A DNA stretch of 64,000 nt, taken from NCBI GenBank assembly GCA_002269645.1, contig NIVC01001011.1, positions 1 to 64,000 of the forward strand, written 5' to 3'. The stretch is from Macrostomum lignano (lineage: Eukaryota). Within the stretch, counting starts at the first letter, position 1. Every line of letters begins with the position of its first letter. This document shows, in pieces, positions 1 to 12,828 of this stretch. The notes under the pieces are model-generated. The model worked only from the letters and a program-made list of their open reading frames with translations, ran no database searches and was not told the DNA's origin. A program made the translations under genes and the position numbers.

Positions 1-66
1 TGAGCCAGAGCCCTAATATTCGCACACAATCACTGACCGAGTCCAGTGTGGAAACCCCAATTGCAG

Positions 67-3005
67 TGCACCCGCAAGGTCGCTCTGTTCTTCTCGCAGT
101 ATCGCTGGGTCTGCTGAGCGAGCAGCCGGTCGGCAGTCCGATCGAGACGGGTCCCGACGGAGAGCTGCGAGTCTCCGCCTGCTCCGCTGAGCTCAGGGTC
201 CGACTGGCCGCCGCGGACGGCAGCTCGACGTGCGAGTTCGACGTGAACTCGCGTCGAACGTCTCGAGCTGGCGCGCCGAAGCTGACCGGACGGTTATCCG
301 GACGGTTTATCCGGACGGTCCGCTTGCGTCGTTCATGTTCGCTCCGTTCCACCGAGCCGTGAACCGCTTCTGCGATGCAAGGTCGAAGGAGCCTCAGCTG
401 CAGCACAACGGCATGGTGGACAGTCTGATGAACAGGCAGTGCGACGGGCTGAGCGCAGCTGAAGTGCTGCGGAATCACCGAGACTTCTGGGGAACTCCAG
501 ACGGTACTCGCCAGCACCTGGCGACATAAGTTTCGACGTCGTCGCTGAGAAGTCCAACAGACGCGTAGTTGTCGTCATGGACACCTCTGGTAGCATGAGT
601 GTGAGTTTGGCTTTTTTACAAATACCTTCTTGACTGCAATAGTTGAATTATTTTGTAAGGTTTTTTGAAATCATGAAATTATTTCACTATAGGGACTCAG
701 AATTGCGATGATGATCAGCGCCGTGAACCAGTTTCTACTGGAAATAATCGAAGACGGTTCCGAATGCGCTTTGATCAGCTTTACAAACAGACATTCGGTT
801 CTGTCAAATTTTGTAAGCATTCAGTCAAGAAGAGACCGAGAACGCCTGTCGAGTCTTGTGTCGAGACTCCATGCTAACGGAGGAACGTGCATTGGAGGGG
901 CCGTTTCCGCAGCAGCTTCCGTAATTCACAAAGCTGTTAATGTCAGGATTTGTATTGAATTTGTATTAAGCATGCAGACTTTGTATTTTAGATGCTAGGC
1001 TATCACGGTCCGGCTTCTGCATCTGCTACAGGTCAGATAATTCTTCTCTCTGATGGCGTAGAAGGCTGTCCCGGACGGCTTAACAGCATGGTTAGCTTCC
1101 TGGCTCATAGCAGCCTTGAGGTGGTGTCCATTCGCTACGGTGACAAAGCCGATTCGCGAATGGACCGATTGGCGGAGGTTACTGGCGGCCAGAAGTTCTT
1201 CGGTGGCACGTCAATCGCTGACAGCAGCGGCCTAAGACTGGCGCTGGGCGCTACGACAACCGCGATCGACGAGTCAAAGAGGACATTGACGGTGGGCTTG
1301 AATAGATAATTGCTTTTCATAATTTGTAAATGCACAAAAGTGACTGTGATTTTAAGTTCTTTTTTAATTTTTTTACAGCTCACCTCGGAAGAGATCGGCA
1401 GTAGATTCGTGCGTCGAAGGTTTAACGTCGACGAGTCAGTCAGACGCGACCTGGTGTTCCGAGTGACAGTGCCATCAAACACGGGTGCCGTGACGCAGCT
1501 TCGGCTGCTGCTAAATGCGCCGTCGGGTCGTGAGTTCGGCTACAGAAACCGCTCTGACATCTACGAAGCGAATGCAGCGATTGGGACTGTTGCAATCCGG
1601 GTACCGGACAGCCAAATTCAGGTAAACAAATTAATTTTCATGGCTATTCGCTATTTGATTTTTTTACTCCATTCAGTAACTATTCCGCAAGCAGAAAGGT
1701 ATTTGGATACTGCGAGATGAAGCCAGCGAAAGCCAACCAGAAAGTCACCCGTCGACGGGAGCTGGAGGCTCCATCGTTGTCACGGGACGGTCGTCTGAGG
1801 ATTCCGTTGAAGCTCCCGTAGTCCTAACGGCTGAAGTGCATCCGAGCATCGTTCAAAGAATTTCTGAGGAAACCAAAATTGCCGTCTTTGCTCAGCTACT
1901 CAGAGGTCACACGCCTGTAAGGGGCGGAAGGCTGTACGCCTCAGTGCGGTCAGATTCCAATTTGGTAGCTTCCTTCGATCTCATGGACAACGGTGCTGGT
2001 ATGCTTGGGCTTCATTCGAATAAAACAATTCACGAGCGTTACAGAAAATACAGATACAATTAATACATAATTATATAATACAGGGGCCGATCTGAAGGCC
2101 GGAGACGGCACGTATTCCGCCTACCTGCCTGTCGCTGAACTAAATGAGCCTCGAGACTTCTCTGTCTCAGTGAAGTCACTTTCCCCAGTGAGCCGCGTCA
2201 CATCCGCTGGCAAGGTGACAGTTCGCTATCGAATCCGAGCTTCAACAGGCAGCTGGTCCCACCGCCGAAGGTCATTGACTTCCGAGTGACGGTGAACACG
2301 CTGAACAACTCAGCTGTTCTCATGTGGACTGCAGTAGAAGATCCGACAGTGAAGAATGCATGTAAGTTCTTTTTTGAAGTAGTAGCTGAATCAGTATGTT
2401 TAATAACAATTCTAACTTTTAAGACACCGCATTAACGCCCGAATTTCAGCCGCAAAGTACGAGATCCGGTACTCCAGCTCTCGCGAGCAGCTCATTAAAA
2501 ACTTCTCAACTTGCCCGATTCTGACGGTTCTGTCCGAAGGTCTCGGAGCTCCGGGCTCGACTGTGCAGCTGAACGCGTTTCATCAGCTCGCAGGCCGCGG
2601 CGCCGTCTTTGTCGCTGTCTCGGGCGTCTCCGCGCTCAACGTCAGCGGGCCGCAGTCAAATCTGATCGGCGTCGACCTGACTCCGCCCTCGTGACGCAGC
2701 TGACGCACATCGGACTGCTGCCTGTCGGAGACGGGATGGGCGCGACGGAGCCTCCGTCTAGAATGAGCGTTCCAGGCCTGATTGTCGGTGTGACAGCCTC
2801 GGTGGCAGCTGCAGCCGGTCTGGCCTACCTGTCGATGGTGCTGCACCGCAGGGCAAGCTCGGCTCAACCAGCTTCGCTGACTAAACCAGCCGACACCGAC
2901 ACGAAGCAAGGCAAGGCACCAAGGTCGCAGAGTGCCAGCAATGTCTCTGTTCGCTATGCCGACGAGTTTTTCGACGGTTCCACTTTGCTCACACCGGCAA
3001 TTTGA
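67..3005 (+). pseudogene. CLCA: CLCA-like gene, copy 1 (5'-truncated by the window edge; multiple frameshifts: pseudogene or sequence errors)
   Basis: Same exon series as copy 2: Cys-rich domain (ASFMFAPFHRAVNRFCD), vWA with MIDAS (VVVVMDTSGSMS, GGTC, ILLSDG), DNGAGADLKAGDGTYSAY, FN3-like segment and a C-terminal TM (LIVGVTASVAAAAGLAYLSMVL). Indels relative to copy 2 at ~72, ~110, ~285-310, ~510, ~2230 and ~2690. Confidence 0.85.
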
Positions 3006-3639
3006 ACGAGCCGTGGAAAGAATGGAAAACAAAAAGTTCGTTTTTATCTGTTGTAGTGACGAGGAGAAATTTATTGCTTTTTTAATAATGAGTTGGTTGG
3101 TATCCTTTTTCCCAACTCAATGCGACTAAGCATGGATTGAGAGTTCGTATAAAAACAGGGACAATTAACTGTCTTTTAGTTGTCCCTGATAAAAAACTTC
3201 AATATATATGATTACGAAGGTATTAAATTTAATACTTTTTTGTATTCAGAATTACGTTTATGTAAGTGAAAAGTTCGATTTTTTTGACATACTTGCCACC
3301 AGCAAAAGTTTAACAACTACGAACTATAAAATTGAGAAAGTCGACTACTTATTTAGCGTTTATTCAGAACTTTCTGTATCGTTTTATTCGGAGAGATTTT
3401 TTTTCATTTTTTTCATTTTCTAATCGGTCTGTGCTCTCAAGAAATTTAAATTCAATTCAAACTACCATTTGCTTCGACTCTGTAGCATTTATCTATTTGT
3501 TTAAGTTATACAGTACAAGCCCGTAAATGATTGTGTTGCATTCGGATTTGAGCATATATTCACGGAATTACGCTACGCCTTATACTGAAGTATTATGAGC
3601 ACTAGTACGAGCGTAGTAGTAATAAATAAATGTCACATA

Positions 3640-3790
3640 TACGAGGCAGTAGTAGTCGTAGTGGTAGTAGTAGTAGTAGTTGTTGTGTTGTTGTTGTTGT
3701 AGTTGCAGTAGTAGTAGGAGTAGGAGTAGTAGTAAGATTAGTAGTAGTAGTAGGAGTAGTAGTAGTAGGAGTAGTAGTAGTAGTCGTCGT
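3640..3790. repeat. Degenerate (TAG/GTA/GTT)n trinucleotide microsatellite
   Basis: Directly visible; it generates spurious poly-T/V/S ORFs. Confidence 0.9.
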
Positions 3791-4012
3791 TTTTTGGACT
3801 TTTCGAATGAACATTATTGTTCCCATCCATAAATACTCGTAGCAACTACTGATTTTGGTGAAACAGGAGGCGCGGCCACAGTCATCAACTGATAGCTTAC
3901 CAGTACGATGGAATTGACTTCCTACTAAATTGCCGGTGTATGATAGTGACAAACTGCTAACTATAATTTAGGAAAGCTCCTTGTTTAGATAAGCAGCAAT
4001 CTGAGACAAACA

Positions 4013-4401
4013 CCCTAGAGGACATTCTGTTTCTCAAACTTAGCAGATCTTTTCTCTGTGCCATTCTTAGCAGATTTTCTCAATCTGCTCGGTTCTTGCA
4101 GGATCTTCTAAGATGGGAGGTAAATTTGTTTTATTATTCATTTGGCTAAAGTGTTCTAGCTGAAATATATTTCTTTTATGACAAAAAGGGACAATAAATT
4201 TAAGAAAATATGCGATTCGAAGCTATAAAAAGATATAAAAGCTAAGATCTTGTACCATGTAGCAAGTCGCCCAGATCTGGTAAGTTTACCTAAGTATTAT
4301 TATAGCGAAGATCTTGCACGTTCTTGCAAGTACTTGCGCAGCAACCCAAGAAGATAGATCACAAGATCTGCTAAGAATCAACAAGTCAATGTCTTTTAGG
4401 G
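4013..4401. mobile_element. MITE-like element with imperfect ~40-bp terminal inverted repeats
   Basis: Left CCCTAGAGGACATT...CTTAGCAGATCT versus right AGATCTGCTAAG...AATGTCTTTTAGGG. No clear TSD. Confidence 0.45.
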
Positions 4402-4636
4402 CATTAACTTTCTAGGTTTACAAAGCTGGAAGTGATAATTGCAAAGCTGGCTAGAATCATCACAATGCAATGGGGGGACAGTGATGAAACGTAAACATAC
4501 TAAACTTACTATCTGCGTGTACATGCATAAATAAAAGTATAATTAGCTGCGGTTTCTTCATTATTTTAAGTTCTAGAAATAAGTTATAAGAAAATCGACC
4601 AAATATTTTGTTAGCCTCGTTTTATCACTGACCAGG

Positions 4637-7600
4637 ATGCAGCTAAGAACGCTGTTAGTGCTTCTGCTTGCTGCACTGGAGCTGTCCGAGGCTCAGCAGG
4701 ACACGGAGCTGCATCTGCAATCCAACCAGTTCCACCGGCTGCTCATCTTCGTAGAGGATCACCGAACTGGCCAGCCGCCTGTCGGTCAATCGCGCCACCT
4801 GATTGAGAAGATCAAGGTGAGAATCAATTAAGGTCTTAACAAGAAGTTCATGCACAAACGTCACTTAAGGATGAGTCACAGGTGCTCAATCAATCCGCAG
4901 AAAGGATTTAATGACGCCTCCAGGCTGCTGCAGAACTTGACCGCTGCCGTTGGCCGCCCGATGAGGCTCGGCAGCGCCAGCGTCCTGGTGTCCGCCAGAC
5001 TCGGCCGCGAGCTTCGAACCGCCGGACTGCGCGTCGGAGACGCCCGGTGGCAGCGCCGGAACCGAGCCGACTTCGTCGTCACTCACGAAGTCGACGCCGA
5101 TACCGAGGGCTCGGTCGCCATGGAGACCGGATGCGGCAAGCCCGGCAAGAAAGTCGTCATGCAGGATGCGAGCTTCATGAATGACTCAAACAGCATCGGT
5201 GAGTGCTCAGTTGGTAATTGGTACTGAGCCAGAGCCCTACTAGTCTCACACAATCAACTGACCGAGTCCAGTGTTGAACCCCAATTGCAGTGCACCGCAA
5301 GGTCGCTCTGTTCTTCTCGCAGTACCGCTGGGGTCTGCTGAGCGAGCAGCCGGTCGGCAGTCCGATCGAGACGGGTCCCGACGGAGAGCTGCGAGTCTCC
5401 GCCTGCTCCGCTGAGCTCAGGGTCCGACTGGCCGCCGCGGACGGCAGCTCGACGTGCGAGTTCGACGTGAACTCGCGTCGAACGTCTCGGGGCTGCGCGC
5501 CGAAGCTGAGCGAGTCGCAGCCGGACGGTCCGCTTGCGTCGTTCATGTTCGCTCCGTTCCACCGAGCCGTGAACCGCTTCTGCGATGCAAGGTCGAAGGA
5601 GCCTCAGCTGCAGCACAACGGCATGGTGGACAGTCTGATGAACAGGCAGTGCGACGGTCTGAGCGCAGCTGAAGTGCTGCGGAATCACCGAGACTTCTGG
5701 GGAACTCCAGACGGTACTCGGCCAGCACCTGGCGACATAAGTTTCGACATCGTCGCTGAGAAGTCAAACAGACGCGTAGTTGTTGTCATGGACACCTCTG
5801 GTAGCATGAGTAGAGTGAGTGACTTTAGCTTCGAGAACTCAATTCTTTGTGGCGAGTGTGCTGAGTATGAGGACCCTAAGCTAATATGCAACCAATTGTT
5901 AGATCTACGAGCTATCGGCATCTCAACAATCGACTAATGTCATTCAAATTTTCGGCTTTGATTTTTAATCGCGCTGACTGAAATTACATATATTGTATTA
6001 ATTCATTTATTTAAATCATTAGGGAAATCGGTTGACTATGATGAAGAGCGCAGTCAGCCAGTTCCTTATGGAGATTCTTGAAGATGGCTCCGAATGCGCA
6101 TTGATCAGCTTCACGAATGGGCATCAATTGCTTTCCGGATTCACGAAAATTAGGTCCAGGGAGGACAGAGAGAATTTGTCCAGACTGGTTGAAGCATTGA
6201 ATGCGTCAGGAAGCACCTGTATTGCTGGAGCTGTCCGTGCAGCTGCATCTGTGAGTACTAAGGATATAGCAGATATGTACGTACATGTACCAGTACGTAC
6301 GCTCGTATATATCCCTCAGGCACTTTCACCAAGAAAATACGAGCCAGCAAATTTGATTGCGTTTTGCAGCTCCTTGGCTATAAGAACTCGGCCGGGCCAT
6401 CTGCGACGACTACTGGACAAATCATTCTTCTTTCTGACGGTGAGGAAGGCTGCAATGGGAGAGGAGGTCTGAACGGCCTCATCAACTCATTGTCCGATTC
6501 GAGCATTCAAGTGGTCTCCATTCGCTACGGAGACTCCGCTGAAATGCTAATGGACAGGCTAGCCGACGCGACAGGCGGTCAAAAGTTTTTCCAAAGCACA
6601 AACATCTTTGATGCCAGCGGACTGCGACTGGCTCTGGGCGGGACAATCATGGAGCTTGAGGAGTCCAAGAGGTCGCTGACGGTGAGCTGTGCTGAAATAC
6701 TGTTTGAACTCTGTTGATTGTTAGTTTATCTATATGCTGACGATATGGATTGCTTCTGAATTGATTTTCTCAAATTGCGGAAGTGTGCAACGAAGTCTTT
6801 ACCACACCTAGACCGTATTTATAATCCTTTTGGCAGCTGATCTCTGAAGTTATCGAAGGCCGCCTGACGCGTCGCAGGTTCTACGTTGACCACTCGGTGC
6901 GGCGAGACCTCGTGTTCCGGGTGTCTGCACCGGCCAATCTTCGTAGAGTGCAGCAGCTTCGACTGGTGCTGACGTCTCCGTCAGGAGCGAACTTCAGCTA
7001 TCGAAATTCTTCAAGTACATATGAAATCAATGCTAAGCTCGGAACCATTGCGATCAGGGTTCCTGACTTGTACATTGAGGTAAGCCGAATCCAGCTGTGG
7101 CTGATGCCCATGCAGTCCGTGAAGTTTATAAAGTAGCGCAATTGCCACTCATATGGACACTTCAGAACGGTACGTGGACACTAAGAAACGAATACAACTC
7201 ATCGGATGTCGGATTTGTCAGCAGCGATGGCGGCTTCATCGCTGTGACTGGAGAGCAGCTGACAATGCCACTGAAGCCCCCGTTGTTCTCACCGCTGAGG
7301 TCAGTCCGAGAAAAGTTGACAAAATCTTTGTAAACACCACAATTGTCGTGTACGCTCGTCTGTTGAGAGGTCATTCGCCCGTGACAGCTGGGAAATTGTT
7401 TGCCACTGTGAAATCCGATGCAGAACTGGTTGCCACTGTTGATTTGAGTGACAATGGAGCTGGTAAGGGAGTAAAGCATAAGAAAACATAATTGCATTGT
7501 ACTTTGCACCTTTGAAGCAAAAAAATTATACAACTGATTCTTGCGCAATTTAGGAGCCGATCTGAAGATCAGAGATGGCACCTACTCCGCCTACCTGCCC

Positions 7601-8489
7601 ATCGATAAACTCAACGAAGCTCGCGACTTCTCCGTCTCGGTGACGTCACTGTCGCCTGTGAGTCGCGTCGCACCTGCTGGCAAAGTCACAGTTGATAAGG
7701 TGAATGCAGGATTCAACAGGCAGCAAGTGCCACCGGCTAAGGTGATCGACCTGAGAGTGACAGTGAATGCGATGGACCAAACAGCCATGTTAATTTGGAC
7801 GGCGATGGAAGATCCGGTCAGACCTAATACCTGTGAGCCGCGTCTTGCTCTGGTTGGAAATATATCAATGTAAAGTTTGTAATTCAGCGAAATTCCTTCC
7901 ATTTTTGGTATCCCTGTTTATTCCAGCTGTCAGCTATCAAATTAGATACTCAAAATCGCGTAGTCAGTTGATTGACAACTTTTCAAAGTGCAAAAAACTG
8001 AGCTCTGTGTCCAGTGGTCTGACCGGCCCGGACTCCACAATCGAGATGAACATCTTCTCTCTGCTGTCAGATAAAGGCGCCGTGTTTCTCGCCGTCGCCG
8101 GCGTCTCATCCGCCCGAGTCGTCGGACTGCAGTCTAACATCGTCGGCGTTGACGTGACGCCACCATCGGCTTTGGAGCTGAGTAGGCTGGAGAAGCTCGG
8201 TTTGAATGTCGACGGCATTCACCTGCCGGCCGGTACGGCTGACTTCTCCGCCGTAGTGGCGGGAGTGTGCGCCGCAGTGGCGGCTGTGAGTAGTCTCGTT
8301 ACTCTGTCGCTGGTGCTGCAGAGACGGCTGGGCCCGATGGCGATGTTTGCCTCGGCTGGAGCAGATACAGGTCAAGCAGTGGGCCAGATGACCCTCAGCC
8401 GTGCGGCGGCGATGCCTCAGCAGGTGTGTGTGGACGAGAGCGACTTTACTAATGATGTCTACGATGCTGTCGCCTTCGTGAACGACTAA
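4637..8489 (+). CDS. CLCA: CLCA-like (calcium-activated chloride channel regulator family) type I membrane protein, copy 2; 9 exons, one -1 frameshift in exon 7 (~7255)
   Basis: Exons 4637-4816, 4901-5198, 5291-5814, 6023-6250, 6370-6681, 6837-7079, 7166-7462, 7554-7832, 7927-8489, all GT-AG and phase-compatible. Signal peptide MQLRTLLVLLLAALELSEA; N-terminal CLCA motifs (CGKPGKKVVM, YRWG); MIDAS DTSGS; DNGAGAD...DGTYSAY; VPPAKVIDLRV...LIWTA (FN3-like); TM VVAGVCAAVAAVSSLVTLSLVL. Confidence 0.88.
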
Positions 8490-9579
8490 AAGGAAAGCTC
8501 TAAAGAGAAGAAGTCGTCCTCATTAAGAGTTTGTCGTTGAAAGTGTTTTGTTGAACAATATTTGAAATTGAAATTGGCTGTTTTTTGAAATTAAGAGCTG
8601 AAGAAAAGAGAATTTTCAAGATATTTATCTATTTAACGCACGACATTTTTTTGCAGTTTGATTGGAGAATCGTTGGTTTAAATTTGTAACAGCCTTACTA
8701 TAACAAATCAAAGTATTTTACTATACGCTCGTACTACTGTTGCTCCAAAGTCTATGCTAATCTGCTTAACGAGAAAAGATTAGGTCTAATATTACCTGTT
8801 CCGTACTGTGTCGGAAAGTCTATAATTATATACTAGAACATATAAATTTATTTATTTATTTAAAGCCAAATTTTCAGATACTCATGCCCGTAATTCAGAG
8901 ATCAATGTTTTCACATTACATCGGATAACTACGTGATACGTCGGCTGTACATGCAGCGGTGTAATGTAAAAGTATCCCATTTGTTAGCGACATCGATAAG
9001 GCGTCGGATTGTTTTTCGGATATCCAGTCGGCATACTAGTATTTAATAATAATAGCATTCATGCCATCCATTTTAAGAAGCTGCAACTTCTTACCTTATT
9101 GGGTATATTTATACTGTATCGTCTATTATCTAGCTATAGTTATACTCCAGGGTATTATATGATTACAGTAATTTAATAAATCTAACAGTCTTTTCCGTTA
9201 ATAAATGTCAATTTATTCAGGATATAAGAACAAAAATTATCAGTGAATCAAATGCGCTTAAGAATAGCGCAAGGTATCCGTTTTAATTTCTTTACAATGC
9301 AGATATTGACGCCTCTTTTGGTTTGACGAGATTAATTAGTATTTTAACTTTCAGCACTATTATTAGCATCACTACTCAACTATAACTTTATGTCTACGGT
9401 CATTCTGCAGTAAGAGACGTAAATTAGACGCCCATGGAAATATTTTGATCGAGTTAGGAAGATTATTTTTATTCATAATTTTAGGGACTATGTAGTGTAA
9501 AATAGCGCGCCACACTATTCCACATGTAATGAACCAGCTCCAATAACTCAATGCACGCCAGTCTAGAACAGTTCTAGAG

Positions 9580-12500
9580 ATGGCCGACTCGCTGAAACGC
9601 TGGTGGCAGAGGCGACTCTGCATCAAGAGGGCCAGACGGCACAACCTGCAGGACGCGAGGAAGAGGCCGAGTCTTCAACGACAGCGAAATTCCAGTCTAA
9701 AATGTCAGCAACAACAAGCTGAAGCAGTCGGCAACAGTGACCCGGCAGGCAGGGATGCTGCGTCTGTCCCAGGGACAGCAATGGAAAGCGGCGGCGCCGA
9801 AACGGAGCCGCAGCCTCCACCTCCTCCGCCGCAGCCACTGCCGTTGCAGCCGCAGCACCTCCAGATGAGTCGCACCACTTTTACATCGGTGCTGCCTCGG
9901 GTGGCCAGCCGGCTGCACACAATTCACGAAGAGGAGGACGGCGGCAGTCGGAGCGCCTCCAACGCGTTCGGCTGGGCCAGCAGTCAAGAGGAGGCGACCG
10001 CGAACGACTATTGTCCGTCGGACGACTTGGACTCGCGAGCCATCTTCGATTCCGACCAGTCCGATCTGGACCGAGAGTTGATTGAGTGCAGAAATCAAAC
10101 AAGAAACAATGCTAAGCTTGAGTCCGAAGATGCAGATCCAGCAGGGCAACTGAAGGCCGAAGCGCCCGCCGCTGTGGCTATGGCTGCGGTAGCTGAGAAC
10201 TTTGATGACGATGCAGACGAGGCTATGGAGGCTGCGACTATTTCGGAAGCGTTCACAACAGCCATGACTCGAACAGGAACCGCCACCACCACCTGCACCA
10301 CGCCGTCACCGTCTATCGCTAGGCAGAACTCGCCGCTGCCTGAACGATCGTGGATTCCCAGCAGGCGATGTCGGCGAAACAATCACCACGGGCATGGCAG
10401 AACTTCGAAGCCCAACTGCGGGCGCGGCGCCGACATCGGATGGCCCAACGTCCGGCTCGAGAAGGTGACAATCCAGCCGCATTCAACAGCTACTTGTGGC
10501 CGTCGTATCAGCTGCCTTGAGACCCGCCGCACGTCTGGCCGGGGCAAGTGCGACGAGTTGAATTTCGATATGGCGGAAGAAGACTACAGCGGTAATCGTC
10601 TGCGAAATCCGATCCGAGAGCCGTCGGCATCCCCGGAGCAGTCAAGTGAGGCCGTCTTTGGCATCGCCTGCGCCCTGCAAACCTCGGACTTGGAGTCGTC
10701 GTTTCCATGCTCATCTTCTGAGAAGACCAACAGCAGTTTACAAAAAATCAGTGGCAGCAAAGCCGCCAAAAATTTTACGAATTTGTCCAATGTCTACGGA
10801 CAGCCGACAGCGGGTTTGGCTGCGAATGCGGCTGAGTCAGTATCTGCTGGCAAACGGCAGTCGTCTCGCATCACTCGAATTTGGCTCGACGTGAAAAGTT
10901 CAAGCAGCGACAGAACTGCGGAGCAGAACGAAAAAGCAAGGGAGAGTCGACGAAAAACAAAGAAGGAAGAGACAAGGGAAGAGGAACCGGAAACAGAGCC
11001 GGAAACGGAGCCAGAGACGGAGCCGGAAGTAGAGAAGGAGCATGAAGAACCGGAAGAGCAAAAAAACCCTTCGCCACCACCTCAGAATGTTGAGCGGAGA
11101 AATTCTTCAGAAAAGAAAATCAAAGTAAAGCGAGAGCCTCGAAGCAGCCATCATAGTCAGCAGGAAGACTCGGGTGACGACGAACACGTCTTTGTTTACG
11201 AAGCCACGGTGGCGTTGGATACTCCGGCTAACGCCGATAACGCTGAGAAACCAGCTAAGGAAATCAACAGCTCGGTAAGTTGTAAGTCGGTCTGTAAAAG
11301 TTTATAGTTACCGCTGTAAATAGTTTGATCTCTAAAATCTTTGAGTTGGTTTTTATTGGTTGATTTGCACCTGTGCTGAAATTCTCAACAACCCAGCGAG
11401 CAGGTGGTGACAAGCAGGACACCCAGCCAGAGAGACCGCAGGACTGTGCCGGCTGTTTCGGCTCCTTTGAGAACGGGCGACAACCGCGTTGCAACTGCTG
11501 CTGCACGTCTGTACGCTGCTGTTGCCGCCATGACGACCATCCGATGGGGAGGCTGCCGGATGCCGCGTCATCTGGCTGCGGCGGATGCCATCAGCGCTGC
11601 TCGTGCTGCTGCTGCCACAACTGCAGCACTCGGTCGCCGATAGGCTCTGCCTGCGTCTCCGGCCACAGGTGCTGTAACAACCGCAGCCAGCATCAACGAG
11701 GTCATAGGACCATTGGTTGCTCCAGTGCCTACGGTGGCTGCTGTTGCGGCTGCTGCTGCTCAGGCTACCAGCCTCCAACGCGCTACATTAATCCGCACTC
11801 GATGGCGCAGTACGACCTGGCCGAGCCGTGGATTTGGCAGCCGCCCGTGTCGCCAGAAGAGCACCGACAGCAGCTTGTCAACGTGTCGGAGGGACAAGCA
11901 AAAAAGACAATAGCTGCAGCTGAAAGTCTATTAAAATCGGCTTCCAGGCAGCCTGCGCAAGAATGCGATGTGACATGCGACAAGTATGACATGGGTTTAC
12001 ATGGTTCTTTGTGATAGGAGAGTGTAAATGACGTCTTGCCAGACTGTCGATAGTTGCTAGATGGTCTAACTGTTTTCGCTTTAAATCTTTTACTAGATCT
12101 CGCAATCCAGCCGTGCGCCCCAAAAAACCCACCACCCCCAATAACACGCAATCCAGCCGTGCGCCCCAGAAAACCCACCAACCCCAATAACACGCAATCC
12201 AGCCGTGCGCCCCAGAAAACCCACCAACCCCAATAACACGCAATCCAGCCGTGCGCCCCAAAAAACCCACCAACCCCAATAACACGCAATCCAGCCGTGC
12301 GCCCCAGAAAACCCACCGACCCCAATCGAACACAATCAAACCAGTGCCTAAAAAGATGCACTACTAGAGCAAATCTGCAGCACAACGCAGTCCTTTTGTA
12401 CCCACAATTTTTCCAGAACTGACATTCAACAACAAGCTGCGTCACTACAGGATGGAGGGCAGCGGCTCGAGCAGCCAGAAAAACATCCTGCCTCTACTAG

Positions 12501-12828
12501 CAACGTTGCAAACTGGCCCAGGCGGTCGCCAGATCCAAACAGCTGGATGACGATGGACCGCAACTCTCAACTGACCAACCTGGCCTTACTAACTAGCAGC
12601 GGCGACTTTCGCTGTCATCGTCGGCAAGATCAAAAATTGTTCTCCCCGTCGTCCGGGTTTCGATCCTCGTCGACGTCCTCGTCTGACTGCTCGTCGGCTC
12701 GGGTCACTATCCAGTCGTCTAGAGACGGCGGCGTCGATCACGCAACCGACGCTAGCGGACGCTATCGGATCTCGTCCTCGTCTAGCGTTGATGTAGCCGT
12801 ACACTTTATTAAAGGACGCCGGCGTTGA
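9580..12828 (+). CDS. Uncharacterised ~897-aa mostly disordered protein with a Cys-rich cluster (3 exons)
   Basis: Exons 9580-11274, 11397-11983, 12417-12828 join in frame (phase 0, then phase 2) through GT-AG introns. Long GC-rich ORFs with poly-Q/P and E/K-rich tracts. No domain recognised; upstream exons cannot be excluded. Confidence 0.7.
12102..12325. repeat. 46-bp minisatellite, ~5 copies, intronic
   Basis: Unit GCAATCCAGCCGTGCGCCCCAAAAAACCCACCACCCCCAATAACAC. Confidence 0.9.
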
